64,000 bases of DNA from the human T2T-CHM13v2.0 reference genome, Homo sapiens. Made by a program: the position numbers and the translations under genes. The stretch lies in the NCBI RefSeq assembly GCF_009914755.1, contig NC_060939.1; one strand, given 5' to 3'. The notes under the pieces were generated by a model, which searched no databases, was not told the DNA's origin, and saw nothing but the letters and a program-made list of their open reading frames with translations. Positions 1 through 14,579 of the stretch are shown here, in pieces. The number at the start of each line of letters is the position of its first letter. The first letter of the stretch is position 1.

Positions 1-756
1 TTTAACAATGGACAAGGTTCATCCTTTTGGTCTGGCAACCTTCAGAGGCATCGTTCTGAGCCATTTCCTTTACAGTCCAAGGAGACTGAAGGGAGAGATT
101 CATTCTCATTGCTATGATTATCTCCTACGTAGATGCCCTCAGGCACTGGATGTATTTTAGTTTTGTTCTATTAGAAGTAAATAAATTTGTTTAAGGGTAA
201 TATAGCATGTCAAAGGGTCACCTATGTGGTAATTGCAGGCCAATAGGATCAGGTCCCTTTGAAAAAATGTTAAGGAAGGCCTTTCTAAAGGGTAGGAGGT
301 TAGGGGGATACCTTGAAAAACTCTAAATCAACAGCTTGTTTAGTTTGGCATTTGCTAAAAAGCACTGACTCTCTCTGGCAAAATTTGGACATAAATTCAG
401 TGTTATTCACGTACAGATTGAGCCGAGTAACTAAACTTAGACCCAGAGCTTTCCATTCTCCCTGATTTAGGTTTTGTTGCAGAAATAGAGGCTCATGACA
501 TGAGCCAGGGTGCACACACATATCCAGCCCATGTCATTTTGCATATGAGTTAAATCTAGCCAGAATCCAATGGAAGGTCTGCTTGGCTAGGTCAGAACGA
601 ACTTTGATCAAGCCTGTATCTCCCCAACTGTTCAGATTTGTTTGATATTTATTTATTTGTACGAGTTATTTCTGCAACAGGAGACCTTTCAACAAAATTT
701 CTATATCTCTGTCAGAGATTATTCTCCCCATTTCCACCACCTGTATATTTATCAAT

Positions 757-782
757 ATGTGTCTGTATGTGTTTGTCTGTCT

Positions 783-819
<37 letters not shown>

Positions 820-910
820 TGTATGCCTTTGTGTGTGTATCTGTATGTGTCTATGTGTGTCTGTGTCTATATATGTGTATGTGTTGGGGTGTGTGTGTGT
901 GTGTGTGTAT
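757..910. repeat. (TG)n microsatellite with degenerate TG/TA/TC flanks
   Basis: Pure (TG)16 at 786-817 inside about 150 bp of TG-rich sequence. Explains the CVCV/THTH ORFs. Confidence 0.95.
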
Positions 911-1437
911 ATACTGAAACTGAAAAACACCTCACCACTCAGGCCCAGCAGTGATGAGGTTTTGAAGTAGGCATCTTTCATCCATAACAGTCCACAAACA
1001 GACTGAGGCAGAAACTTACCAAATGTTTGGCTTAGTCCCTCTGAGGTGATGAAAACATCATTTTTTACGAACTTTAAGAGCAGTGGAAAGGCTTTCCACA
1101 GAGTGATAACATAACCCTGAACATGTCAGCATATGCAATTTTTCAAGTCCTGACGTCTCTTCTCTGCAATTCTAGACAGGAATATAATGTGGCAGCAGGA
1201 CGACTCCTGCAGTGAACACAAAGGGCACTGAACTCCTAACGCTTTTCCCCAGTGGCAAGCAGCAATGGAGAAATCAGGGTTCCATCCTCTCTGCCCATAG
1301 CCTTCTAGCTCAAGAAAATATTTAGATCAAAGACCCACTTGTCACATTTTGAGATATTGCAAGTTATCCTCACTTGCCTAACTAAGCATGCCTAACTCTG
1401 GAGACTGGGAAGGGGATGATGGGGAAGGTAATGATGA

Positions 1438-1771
<334 letters not shown>

Positions 1772-2774
1772 TGAGATTTGTCATAAGACCTGCCAAGACA
1801 AGGGAAAGCTTGTTATGTATTCCCTTTCTCTCACAAAACAGCTCTTCAGTGAGTCCCACATGGTCACTTATTTGATCAACAAACATTCATTATGTGTCAG
1901 ACACTGAGGATGAATAGGACAGAATTTGCAATGTCAGAAACAGGGATATTGGTCAGGGTGGCTTTTGAGCGGTCCCTGGAGTCAAGACTCCTCACAGTTC
2001 TTTACTTTTAATATTTCCCCACGTCAGCCACACTAGACTAACACAAAAGTTGGGACATCAGCCTACAGGGAGGAACTGTACCATCTGTTCAACTGCAAGT
2101 TCAGTACAAGACATAGCACAGTAGACTATGTCATCACTGGTAGACTGTTTCATCACTATGTGCAAAGTTCCTTGGGATGGAGGTGCTGCCGCCTCATTCC
2201 CACCACTCTTCCTCATGGCCCCTCACCACTCCCACCTCGCCGCCACCTGCCATCCTCATCTACCCCCGAGCTGGCTCCTGCTGGCATCTTTATATATTCA
2301 TTCTGTTTCCAAAACCTCCCTCCAAGAAGCTACACGTCCAATTGCATTTCCCTTTTCTGCAAAAAGTTAAGTACACAGCAATTGCTACATGCTTTAGAGG
2401 TTTGCTTTACCGGGAAAGTGCTGCAAACTGGCCCCCAATAAGGAAATCAGAGTGAGTCACTTGGAGCTCTTGGCCTTTACACTTCAGGCTATTAAATCCA
2501 AAATCCTAAGGAGTCCAACCCAGGTCCAAGAAGAGGAGCCTGAGGAGGTCCTTCCTAAATGTTAAGGCACCTAGAAACATTAGCCAAACAGGTCAGACAG
2601 AACCCCATGCTTTTTGTTGGTAGAATTTGATAAAATTACCACACACTGACAGGATGAAGAGTAAAGCCTATCACATCTTATTTGACTGTAGCAGAAAATT
2701 TAACAATTCTTAGAGAAATTATTTCAGCTCCTCTGCTTTGGCAAGCATATGAGAAGAGTAAAAAGAAAAGATAA

Positions 2775-3094
<320 letters not shown>

Positions 3095-3780
3095 CATAAA
3101 CTTGAATATAATACCATAACTCAGGACACCAGTGAAATGACCCAGAAACTTGTGAGGGGATTGAGAATTTGGAAATTGAGCAAGAAACCAACTAGAGTTG
3201 CCATCAGCAATCAAGAAGTGACTATGGGAGAGGAAAGAAGGTGAAACGTCTGTTCTCTTGCTCACCTACCATGTTTTAAATACAGCCTTTGGTGACAGAA
3301 GCAAGAGTAAAGTAATGGAGATGATACTGGGCTCCCAGAGAAACAGACCTGAGTTTTCAGCCTTCACTAATGGCTGTGATTCTGTGAAGACACTGTCTCC
3401 TCTCTAGTCTTCAATCCCCCACAGAAGCACCCCCTCCTCCATGAAGCCCTCTTCAGTTTCTCCTGCCCACACCCATATCTCCTCTTCTGAATTTCTAGAA
3501 TACCTACTTTTATGCCTCACAATGTGAAGCTTTTTCAGGTTTTTTTCAGGTGTATTTGCCTCTTATTTCATGACTGAATTTTGATGCCCCTAAAATAAGA
3601 ACTATAATGCCTTTTTCTTTTGACTCTCCTGCACAGCCAAGTTCAGAGCTGAATATTTCATAAATATCTAGTGTGTAACGTGGTGGATAATTTGATATGA
3701 GTTTTCCCAAGAGCCACTGCCCATGGAGGGGAGTCAATAGTGTATTTGCATTCACTTATTTGGGGCCTTGGTTTACATAC

Positions 3781-4193
3781 GTCTGCTTAGACTCAAGGAC
3801 ACTTGTTTCCAGTTTCAAGATGAATCCTTGAATAATATATCAAACTAGGCATTCCTTGATGTTTCTCTGTCTCTTTTGTCCTCACGCATGACCAAAGCCC
3901 ATATTCCAAGGTAACATGCACAGCAAATGAAGAACATCCAATAGTGATAGAGCCCGTCCTCATCGAGCTAATAGCTTCAAACTTCCGGACCAAAATGGTT
4001 TGTCCATTTTTCATCAAAACTGGAGCTCACTGTGCTACTTTTAAGTATAAACATGGCCCATTAGGGGGCAAAGTTGGCCAGTCTGATCCAAGTAAAACCC
4101 TGTGTTTTGGACACACAGCAGGGTTGCTGAGCAACCTGCAGACGACAGTGCTCTTCCCATGCACAGATGCCTCAACGGGAAAGAGTTGATCCT
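3781..4193 (-). ncRNA. Candidate non-coding exon
   Basis: Minus-strand acceptor tttgctttttaccag| at 4194 and donor gac|gtatgt at 3780. Unique sequence with stops in all frames. Confidence 0.22.
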
Positions 4194-4257
4194 CTGGTAA
4201 AAAGCAAAAAAAAGTTATGTATGCAATAAGTTAAAGGCAGGAAGATATGAGATATAT

Positions 4258-4338
4258 AGGGTAATCCACTGTACCAGTTTGCCTGAGATGGGGACTTTCC
4301 ATGCTAAAATCAGGAAAGTCCTCAGCAAATTGGGACTA
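4258..4338. mobile_element. hAT-Blackjack-type MITE fragment (MER94-like)
   Basis: agggtaatcc...ccagtttgcctgaga...gcaaattgggac resembles MER94/MER81 termini. Confidence 0.4.
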
Positions 4339-5806
4339 GACATTGCCTAGACACTGATTGGCAGATTCTAAAAGTCAGTGTTCACCCTTTTCCACAGGCC
4401 TCCCTCTCTCTACTCACCTCAACTGCATCACTGGATGCAAAGTCAGTAGCTGCTGGCACCCAGGGAATTCCCAGATCACTATGCCTGTTTCCTTTGAATT
4501 GCTGTCAGTACTCCCTTCACTGCCCAGTTTCTCTCTAAAGTCTGTCTGCAGACAGTCTCATCATGGCCTGTGGCTTCCCTTCACTTTCATAAATTTCACC
4601 CCCAAATCTATAGCTTGGTTGTGACCTTCACCTTCAGCTCTAATCTTTCTAACTGTCCATCTCATATCTGTATCCTCCATCCTGTTGGCTTCTTAAGCTC
4701 AGAAAAACTAAACTAAACCCGATGTTCCCTCTTTACCTATCCTTTTTTATTTGATATATCAGGTCTATGCTAATGGCTCTGTTATCCCCACCTCCGCTGC
4801 CCCTTCTCCGCGGCCTGCCTTCCAAGTCTACTCACGTTCCAGAGGCTGTGAACAGACAATTCTCTTGCTGACCACCACCTTTCCAGGCCTTCAGTTGCCA
4901 TGGCCCCAACCAATATAATTGTACCCCCTTGGCCCAATTTCCCTCACCTCTCGTCCTGAACTCACCCAGCACACCACTGTCACAGCTCTGATTAGACCAT
5001 TCTCTGCTAAACACTTATGACAAATGGTTTCTTCTTTATCTTCTTATATTCAAGTTCTACATGCCCTTCAAACCCCAAATTATATCTTCCCCATGAAAGT
5101 GTATGCCCCTGTAGAAAATAATCTTTTTCTAAATTCCCTGAGCACTTTTCTATTCTACTGCATATTACTGTTATTTCTGCACATTTTTATCTTCTCTTCA
5201 AAGCCAAAATAAGGGAAAACATTGTATGCCATTCACGTTTTTATCCCCGCTTAAAATAATGAAGGAATCAATAACATTCTGGTAAGGTTTAACCTGGTGG
5301 CATACTGCTTTGCACAGGTGCTATTGTTTAATTTTGACCTATGTCTTCCATCTGCTTCACCCCATGCTGGTGAATCATAATCAAAGCCCTGAGAGCTGGG
5401 GGCCCTCACTGACCTTAACACGTGTCTTACCACTGCACAATTTCCAAATGCCATGGCAGGCCAGCAGGGCTTAGCCAAAGGGACTTTGCCTCTCGGAATT
5501 GTGAAATAGAGATTCCTTGAGAAGCAATCAAATTCCTTCCCTGCCATCACAATTAGGACACCTTCCCAACATGGGCCCAGCACCATCCTTCATCTTCCCG
5601 TCTTCCATACCCCCTGGGTAGCAAGGGCTCTAAGTTTACCCTGTTTCGCGAAACAAGAAAAAAATACTTATTTCTTGTCTCAACATTTAATTATTTTACA
5701 CAGGAAAAGAAAAAGACTGGCCTGAGGCGGAAATAGAAGACACAATAAATCCTTCTGTGAACTCTTGCCAACCATATTTCTCCTTACTTCTGTCAACCCA
5801 TCCATC

Positions 5807-6475
5807 ATGGAGCAAATGTTCAGAGGACAGAATATGAACTTGTTTGGGGGTTGTTTTTCTCCAATTGCCACATTTTCTAGTTTGGATCCCAGGCCTCAAA
5901 CCCCAACCATCATAGGAATGGTGCACTCAGTCAGAAGAAAGGCCTCTGGTGAAGAAACTCTCTGGGCACTTGGGAATAAAGGATCAAGGCTGCAGCCCAG
6001 GCCACGGCTGCAGGGCAAGCTGAGCCTCAGTCTGAAGCCACGTCTGAGTTTCCTTTCAGTGAGCATCCTCTCAACCTCTTCATCTAATAAATGTTTATCA
6101 GGTGACATTATCAAACACTTGCCATGTGATGTTCAAAATAGTTCAGAACGGCAAGACATGGGCATGGCACCAGCGCCAGTCATTTCGAAGAGCCCTGCTG
6201 TGCCATGCATTGCACCTTTTGTTCTTGAATTGTGTGAGGGGAGGGGGTGGGCACAGTTTTCAGGTGGGCTGCTGGGGTGGCAGAAGGGGCACTCAGGGTA
6301 TATAGGAGTCAGTTATTTGCCTACTCACATGGAATTGTGTCAGAAGTTTAGTAACTGGCAGGGCCAGACCAGTGTAAACCAACTGAATAGGAGTCTTTGG
6401 TACAATAATGCACAAAACGGAAGGAGGTCCTTTACCTCCTGGACCCCACAGTACAGTACAGGATATATATATTAA
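5807..6475 (+). other. Long orphan ORF, 222 codons, no recognisable homology
   Basis: ATG in strong Kozak context (atcATGg). Frame is open 5726-6472 in repeat-free DNA. Coding status unsupported. Confidence 0.12.
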
Positions 6476-6589
6476 TCGAATAATCACACGAGCTTTTGTA
6501 AGGTCTCAGTGGGGATAAAGATTACCAAATATAAAACCGTGGCTGTAGAGAATATTACAAAGAAAGGCATTCATTGCAAGGAGAGAATG

Positions 6590-6960
6590 TGATATTAGAT
6601 TTGACCATATTAGATGGCTCAGGACAGGCTTCCCAAGAAGCAAGGTTAGGCTAAGCAAGGCTGAGGATGACTGGGAGTTAACAAGTCACTGAGGGAATAA
6701 CAGCACTCTGAACAGAAGGAAAAAGACATGTCTTGTGTCAGCAAGAACTGAAAGAAGAAAAGTGTGGCTAGAGAGGAGACAAAAGAAAGTAACTTCAGAG
6801 GAAGAAGGAAGGTGTAGAGGGCCAATGTGGAGCCTTGAGGAGTTCTGTTCGTCTCAAAAGAATGGACAGTCACTCCAAGATTTAAAGCAGTGAGGTGGCA
6901 TCATCAGATCAACATTTTACAAAGGCCATACTGACTGCTACATGGAGAAGGACCCATCAT
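6590..6960 (-). mobile_element. L2 LINE fragment
   Basis: Purine-rich antisense L2 motifs (...catcatcagatcaacattttacaaaggccatactgactgctacatggaga). Confidence 0.55.
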
Positions 6961-7189
6961 GGAGGAAGAGGCTAGAGGCAGACACTTCACTGGTCAGCAC
7001 CAAGGACCCCTGAGGTCCTGTATGTGCAGCATGTTACTCAGGGAAGAAAGGATTCCCTTTCATTAGGCAGGACTCTGACAGGTTCTCATATCAATGAAAA
7101 TTAAGTGGTTATGAAGTGGAGAGGAAAGTGCATAGTGGTTTTAAAAACAATTATATGCTATCGACTTATTTCTTAATAAACTATAATTT

Positions 7190-7385
7190 ATTTAGCACAT
7201 ACCCTAAGAGCCAGTGCCTAACTAAACATTCCCATTGATTGCCTCTTTAATATTCAGAACAACTTAGAAAGGTAGGCATTACTATCTCCAGTTTACAGAT
7301 AAGGACATCAACATTCAGAGAATTAACTAGCCAAGGAATCCACAGCCCAGGATTAAAGCCCAGGCCTTTCTGATTCCTGCACTTC
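7190..7385 (-). mobile_element. MIR SINE
   Basis: Core motif ctccagtttacagataaggacatcaacattcagaga and ggattaaagcccagg. Confidence 0.8.
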
Positions 7386-7689
7386 TGCTTGTAAGACAGT
7401 AATTGTTATATGTGAACATGGTGCTGGTTCTATATACCTGCTGGGCCTTCGGGACTTAGTAAGATGCTATCTTGCCCAGAAGGAAGACAGTCTGATGAAA
7501 AAGAGAGAGAGACACATACACACACACACACACATTTTTGCAAACAAGTATATTACAACATGGCATGAGCTTTGAGGACACACCATAAAACTTGGTATAA
7601 TATTTTTCTCCATGAAAAATTTATAGTTAGTTGGTATTTGGCTCAGTGCCTCTATTAGGTAGAAATGGACAAAATTGAGAGCCAATGTT

Positions 7690-7820
7690 GGTGAGTAGCT
7701 TATGTGTGCCAAGTATTGTGTTAAGTGCTTTAAATACATCAATTTAGCTTAATCCTCAAAGCGAATTAGGAAAATGGCAATGTTGTCTACATTCCACAGA
7801 TGGAGAAATTAAGGCTCACG
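7690..7820 (-). mobile_element. MIR SINE fragment
   Basis: tgtgccaagtattgtgttaagtgcttta...cacagatggagaaattaaggctca. Confidence 0.8.
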
Positions 7821-8488
7821 TAGGTAAAAAATTTAAAAAAATAAAATAAAATAATTTAAAAAAAACAGGATTACGAGTAGGAACCAAGAGAGGACAAATT
7901 ACTCGAGAAAGAAAATCAAAGTAATATGAAAGCTCAGTAACATTAAATCTATATGAAACTGGTGACATGCTCTGAAATGGAAAATTAAACCCCATGTGGA
8001 TGCAAGACACAACGCATTAAAACTGACCCTAATCACCAAACCACAGGAGTGTGACTGCAAAATACGTTAGCTTCCCAGAGCCAGGCTGTATGGGCAAGCT
8101 GTTTCTACTTCTTAGAGTTGTTTTGACATTAAAATGTGAAAGTTCGTAAAATAAGGAGGGAGGTGGAGGCTCCAAGGAATGTTAAAATAATCTGTGGCAA
8201 AACAGAGAAAGCTAAATATTCATTAAGGGGCTTTCATTTCAAATGATCGTTTTACCGTATCAGTGGCTAAATTGCGGAGCAGGAAGAAGAGGATAAAACT
8301 CTTACTTAATCCCTTTTCTGAATTTGCCACAGAGAATGCAGAGAGGAGCCCAGGGATATTCAGCCTCTCCTGTGTGAGCTGGGGTCTGAGATCCTGCACA
8401 GGTCTCCCTGGCTGCTCATCCCGGCATGGGGGCCAAGCTGGCTTTGCCAAGAGTCAGCGTGCCGGCCCCTGCCTTCTCCAGCACTTAC

Positions 8489-8597
8489 CGAGGGATCTTT
8501 TGCATATATTTTTCTCCCAGAGGCAGAGCTTTGTTCTGAATTATAACATCATTATTTTTCCTTTAAATCCGAAGAACAAATGTTGGACTCCAAAATC
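8489..8597 (-). ncRNA. Candidate 109-nt non-coding exon
   Basis: Minus-strand acceptor atatttcctag| and consensus donor cg|gtaagt. All three frames contain stops. Confidence 0.2.
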
Positions 8598-9554
8598 CTA
8601 GGAAATATCTAACATCCAACCCAACAAATCTCCATAAATTATGTCCTGCCTCATAGACAATTGTCATTTCCAAAAGTCAGGCGCGTGTGTCTGTTCAGGG
8701 AGCAGTCTGGAGTGAATGCCCTCCCCTCTCTGGTTTTGGATCTAACTGGCTGGCAGGAGGGAGTAATTTTAGCTCAGTTGGGCTGGGGGCACTGGTAGCC
8801 TTGCTGCTAGAATTAATCCTCTCACTCACTGCCTTCAGAGCAGACTTTTTGCTGGTTTCCTAGGAGGAAAGTCTACATGCCCAAAGGCCTGCCCACCTGC
8901 CTGCCCTCATATTCATTTACTCATTCGTATTTTTAATCATGAATTCTTTGTCTCTTCCTTGAACACCTATGAGCCAGGCATGGAGCTAGATACTGAGGAT
9001 ACATAAGTGAGAGTGAGAGTGGGAGAGAAGAGAAGAGAAGACGTCTTACCAGGGCACAATAGGCCAGGACAAACCAGACTTAGCTCGGCAAGGGCCAGGG
9101 ACACCTGAGGGTATCGTTGCATGGAAAGGGGTATCAATGAACCCAAGATGGCAAAAGAGAAATGAGGAGGAGCTGAAGCATCCCAGAAACAAAATGCACA
9201 TGCCCCAAAAAGGTTGCATGGGTAGGCCAGATCTCTCACTCACTCATAAGCACCAGCTGAGAAATCACAGGATACCATGCTGGGCACTGAAAGTTACAAA
9301 ATGCCAAAAGGGTGAGCTTCCCACACTCAGGATGCTCACCACAAAGGGAGCCACCCGACTCACACAGACACAGGGAATTCTAGGAGAAGTGATCCATTAA
9401 AGTCATTTCTCTCTTGACTTTCTGCAATCATCTCCTCATGTTCCTTCTTGCGTGAGATTCCCCGCTGTACCCCCTTTTCCTCCACTCTTCCAGTTCATCT
9501 TCCACACCCTTGTTAGGGTTATCTCTAAAATACCAGCTTGGAAGACCGCCTGCA

Positions 9555-9690
9555 AGGGTAGTTCCAAAATGTTGTTCAGCAGCCATTGAGGTCTAATTTT
9601 GCTGAGCCTCCAGATCCACCAAATCAGAATCTCTGGGGATAAGGCCTTGGAATATGCACATTAAACACATTTTAGAATAACTTTTACACA
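9555..9690. mobile_element. MER5-type hAT-Charlie MITE
   Basis: ccagatccaccaaatcagaatctctggggataaggccttggaatatgcacattaaaca. Confidence 0.7.
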
Positions 9691-10039
9691 TATTCCAATT
9701 TGAAAAGCAGCCTATGAGTAGAAAAGTTTGCAAAGAAGGATGAATACCCCATAACAAAGTGGGAATCTTCCATCTCACTTTGTCTCACCAATCTCATTCT
9801 ATTATTTGAGTTTATACACATATACATACTTCTTGAGGTTCTCAAGGGTATGGGCCATATCCTATTCATCCCTAAATTCCAAATGCCCAAAACTTGGTAA
9901 GCATCCTATAAATATGATAGTTGAACTGGGGATATTCAAATTGCACAGATAAAGCATGTAACATCTTTCCTTTTCTCTTTTAAAAAAAACTTATTTTTCC
10001 TCTCACCTTCAAAGAAGGTATATATAACTGGGGAAATAC

Positions 10040-10935
10040 ATAAGTGATTGAGTCTTTCAATTCATGAACAAATTATTTCCTCTCACACACTTAGGTCTCT
10101 CATTTCTCTGTAAGCTTCTAAATATTCTGGTTAGAGGTTTTGCATTTCTTTTATTCCATTTGTCCCTAGGTATTTACTGTTTTTGGCATGGTATTAATTA
10201 CTTTATGTTTCAAATTCTAGTTGTTTGTTGTAGATACATAGACACTAACTGTTGTATATTCACCTTGTATTCAGTGACCTTGTTAAAATCACTTCGACAT
10301 TTTAATAGTTTATCTACAGATTCTTTAAATTCTCTGCATACACATATAGGAACAGTTTATCTTTCCCTTTTCAGTCTTTATAGTTTACATTTATTTTTCT
10401 TGCCTTATTGCACTGGTGACTTCTAGTACAATGTTAAATCGATGTAGTGACAATTTATGTCATTATTTCATTCCCAATTTCAGGTAGAATATCTTTTATT
10501 ATTTCACAATTAACCAGAATTAATGTTTCCCATAGATTTTTTAAAAGCTAAGACTTTTTTTTTTTAAGTTTTAGCCATTTCAATGGGTATTGAATTTTAT
10601 CAAATATTTTCTGCATCCACTAATAGGATCATATGGTTCTTTTCCTTTGTAATACATGCTTATGTAATAAATTACATCAATTTTTAAATGTCAAACCAAC
10701 CTTGCACTCCTAAGATAAACTCAAGTTGTTCATGATACAAAATCATTTTCAAATGTCATGGATTCATTTTGCTAATACTTTATTTGGTATTTTTATGAAT
10801 AAGAGAAGTTAGCCTGTGACTTTTTTTAGCATATTTGTAAAATTTTTGTATCAAGGTTTGCTGTAATCCATTTTAATAATCCATTTTTATGAAAAAGGTT
10901 GACAAGAGTTTTGCCTTTTTTACTATGGAAAGACT
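10040..10935 (-). mobile_element. Old L1M ORF2 fragment
   Basis: T-rich antisense L1 motifs (gccttattgcactgg, ttgaattttatcaaatattttctgcatc, aaaccaaccttgcactcct). Confidence 0.8.
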
Positions 10936-11663
10936 GTGATTCAACCCTCTCCATTTTAGACAGAAATGGAGATGTTCCTTCCTTTTCTTTTCTCATACAC
11001 ACCTTACTTTTCAGAGGAAATACATTGATCTATGAGAGGATAAGGTGGCTGAGATAAAACCAACTTCACGGACCTGGAACACTTGCAAAAACTTAATTTA
11101 GTAATACATCCACCAGCTTTGCATTATAAGCATCACATGCATGTTATTTAATCTGTGATTGTATGTGCGTGCATGCTTTGTCCTTAATAGTAACGTGTGA
11201 ATAGACTTAAAATATAACACTGTATTTTATTGCAAAATGTCCTTGCATTTTCATACCTATTAACTCCATTGACCAGTATACCTACCCTTGAGTTATGTGA
11301 GATATGCACAAAATATCTAACCCTGCTCTAGTGTATTCAAGCAGACCTTCAATACAGACTGATGGTATTCTGACTATATAGAGAATTATTTTATGTTTTT
11401 ACCCAAAGAACTCATTTCAATAAAAATGCAGGCTAATACTCCATTTTTTACACTCCGTTTTTATGAAAATTAATTATTTCAGATAGTGTTGCCATTGTTA
11501 ATTTGCTTGATAAGTTTGCTTTGCTGGTTCTCTTCTGTTAAAGCAAAGTGAAGTTTAGAATACAGTTATTTACAGTACTTGGCAATTAGTAAGTACCCAA
11601 TAAACACTTAAGTTAATGAATAAATCAACAATGAATAAATGGAAAGTTACCCATCCTTTAACA

Positions 11664-11879
11664 CAAAAGTTGGCAAACTATACCCTGTAGGCCAAATCCA
11701 GCTCACTCACTAATTGTGTAAGTAAATATGCATTGACTCGTTCATTTGTTTACAAATCATCTCTTTCGGAGTTCAATGTCTGCTGCTTTCAAAATTGAAG
11801 AGTTGCAACAGGGACCATATGGCTCACAAAACAAAAATATTTGCTATCCAGTCATTTACAGGAAGTGTGCCAACCCCTG
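11664..11879 (+). mobile_element. MER58A hAT-Charlie MITE
   Basis: Termini caaaagttggcaaac...gtgtgccaacccctg. Degenerate 8-bp TSD ctttaaca/ctctaaaa. Confidence 0.85.
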
Positions 11880-13191
11880 CTCTAAAACACAAAGTTTGAT
11901 GAATAGCTAGAGAGTAGCCAGAAGGTACCCACACTGAGTATGCAAATGAAATCTCCTCGAGTTTGTTGTTGAAGGAACAGGATGATACCAGGGGCATCAG
12001 GTAACAAAAACAACTGTTTTGTTTTGTTTCATGAGGAAACATGGTAAAGTCTATTGTCAAAGGTAACAATGAGAGGGCTCAACTCTCTAGAGCTGACACT
12101 CTTTTCTAAATCACCTTGTGCTCTCCATTTTTTTCCCCTTCTCCCAGAGGCTTTGGTTAAATCTTTTCCTAAATTTCAGTGCTTTCATTGCCTTTTTTTT
12201 AATAACAGAAAAGTACTGAACTCACATAAAACAGTGATTTAGCCAAGTGGATTGTGACAATTCAGCAGATGCTTAGGCCATAACAAAGAGCCTCTCACGT
12301 AAATCTCTCCTAATGTCTTTGTTCTCAAAACAAAGAATCCCTAACTCTTGAGCCGAATTGGTCAAGAATCCAATGTGCCCCTAAGTGGAAATTCTACAAT
12401 GTTGTAAAATGCCTAAGCAACATTTGTTTTCAATTGCCATTATCCTTTCTCCCCATTAAGGAGGAAATTCTTGTTAGAAAGAATTCTAGTGTCAGTATGT
12501 TTCATAACACCAAAGGATAAAGTAATTTGGAGAAAACCAAAACTTACTTTTTAAACACATAAATGTGCTGTTTTCATACTGCTATTCATATTTACTGCAT
12601 GACGTGGTACACAAAGAATATCAACATGTCATGAACAAATGGTAAAATCTGCATCTATTCCGAAAAAAACAAAAAGATAGCACCACAAATGATACTGGAT
12701 TAGTCTTCTGCTAGTCAACAAAACTTAGTAATTAATGAATCCCTCTTATGTGGCAAATGGTGGAGTTTTTCTGGCCTTTCAATATGATGATATCTAATCA
12801 TTACGTTAAATTAAAAGACGGATTTTTCTTAATGCACTACATAGTCCCAAAAGTTAATTATATGTAAGAGCAAAAGAATAGAGAATAATTAACCATAAAA
12901 TAATCTAGGGAGTCAGACAATAATGTTTAATAAGTCCCCTTTTTTTTCTAAGGACTATTTTGGGAACATTAGAAAAATGCACAAAGAAAAAACATTTCAA
13001 GTGACATACATATTATAATTCAGATTTTCATTACAAGTAAAATAGGAGTTTTCTTTTTCTTTGGAAAATATTTCTTTCCAAAAAGATTTACTAGAGTCTT
13101 TGTTTAGAAAAATGAGCAACTCTGATAGCTTTTTTATTCAATTCATAAAATTTGCATTTACTTTCAAACTTTTAGGACACTTTGCGCATTA

Positions 13192-13598
<407 letters not shown>

Positions 13599-13965
13599 TC
13601 AGGCAAGTCTAATTCCAAACACAAAAGGGAAAGGGTATGGAGCACAGACACAGAAGAAAGAATTCCTGAATCTTTGGTCTGCTGACCTTCAACAAATAAA
13701 TAAACATTTAATCCTCAAGTGCTTGATCTGGACAAAAAGAGTTGAAATACAAGGCCCTGTTTATTTCCAAGCACTCTTGTGAGGAAAATATGACATAAAA
13801 TAGGTTAAGTGGATTTTATTAATTGAAAATCATCAAATATTTATTAGACAATATTGGTAGAAAACACCAATAAGATATTAAGGAAAAAATACCAATGTCT
13901 TCTGAGCCCCTCAAATCAAACTATGGAGAGCTATTTATTCCATTTTTCATGCCTGCAGCTAATTA

Positions 13966-14579
<614 letters not shown>

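Noticed and set aside
638-981. Cys/Val- and Thr/His-rich ORFs (also near 27116, 39684, 43665)
   Set aside because: They are translations of TG/CA microsatellites.
3944-4189. Plus-strand ORF containing VCPFFIKTG, which recalls a motif in SDR16C-family retinol dehydrogenases
   Set aside because: No catalytic YxxxK upstream, no similarity after the motif and no flanking splice sites in frame. One 9-aa match is plausible by chance. A tBLASTn with SDR16C5 would settle it.
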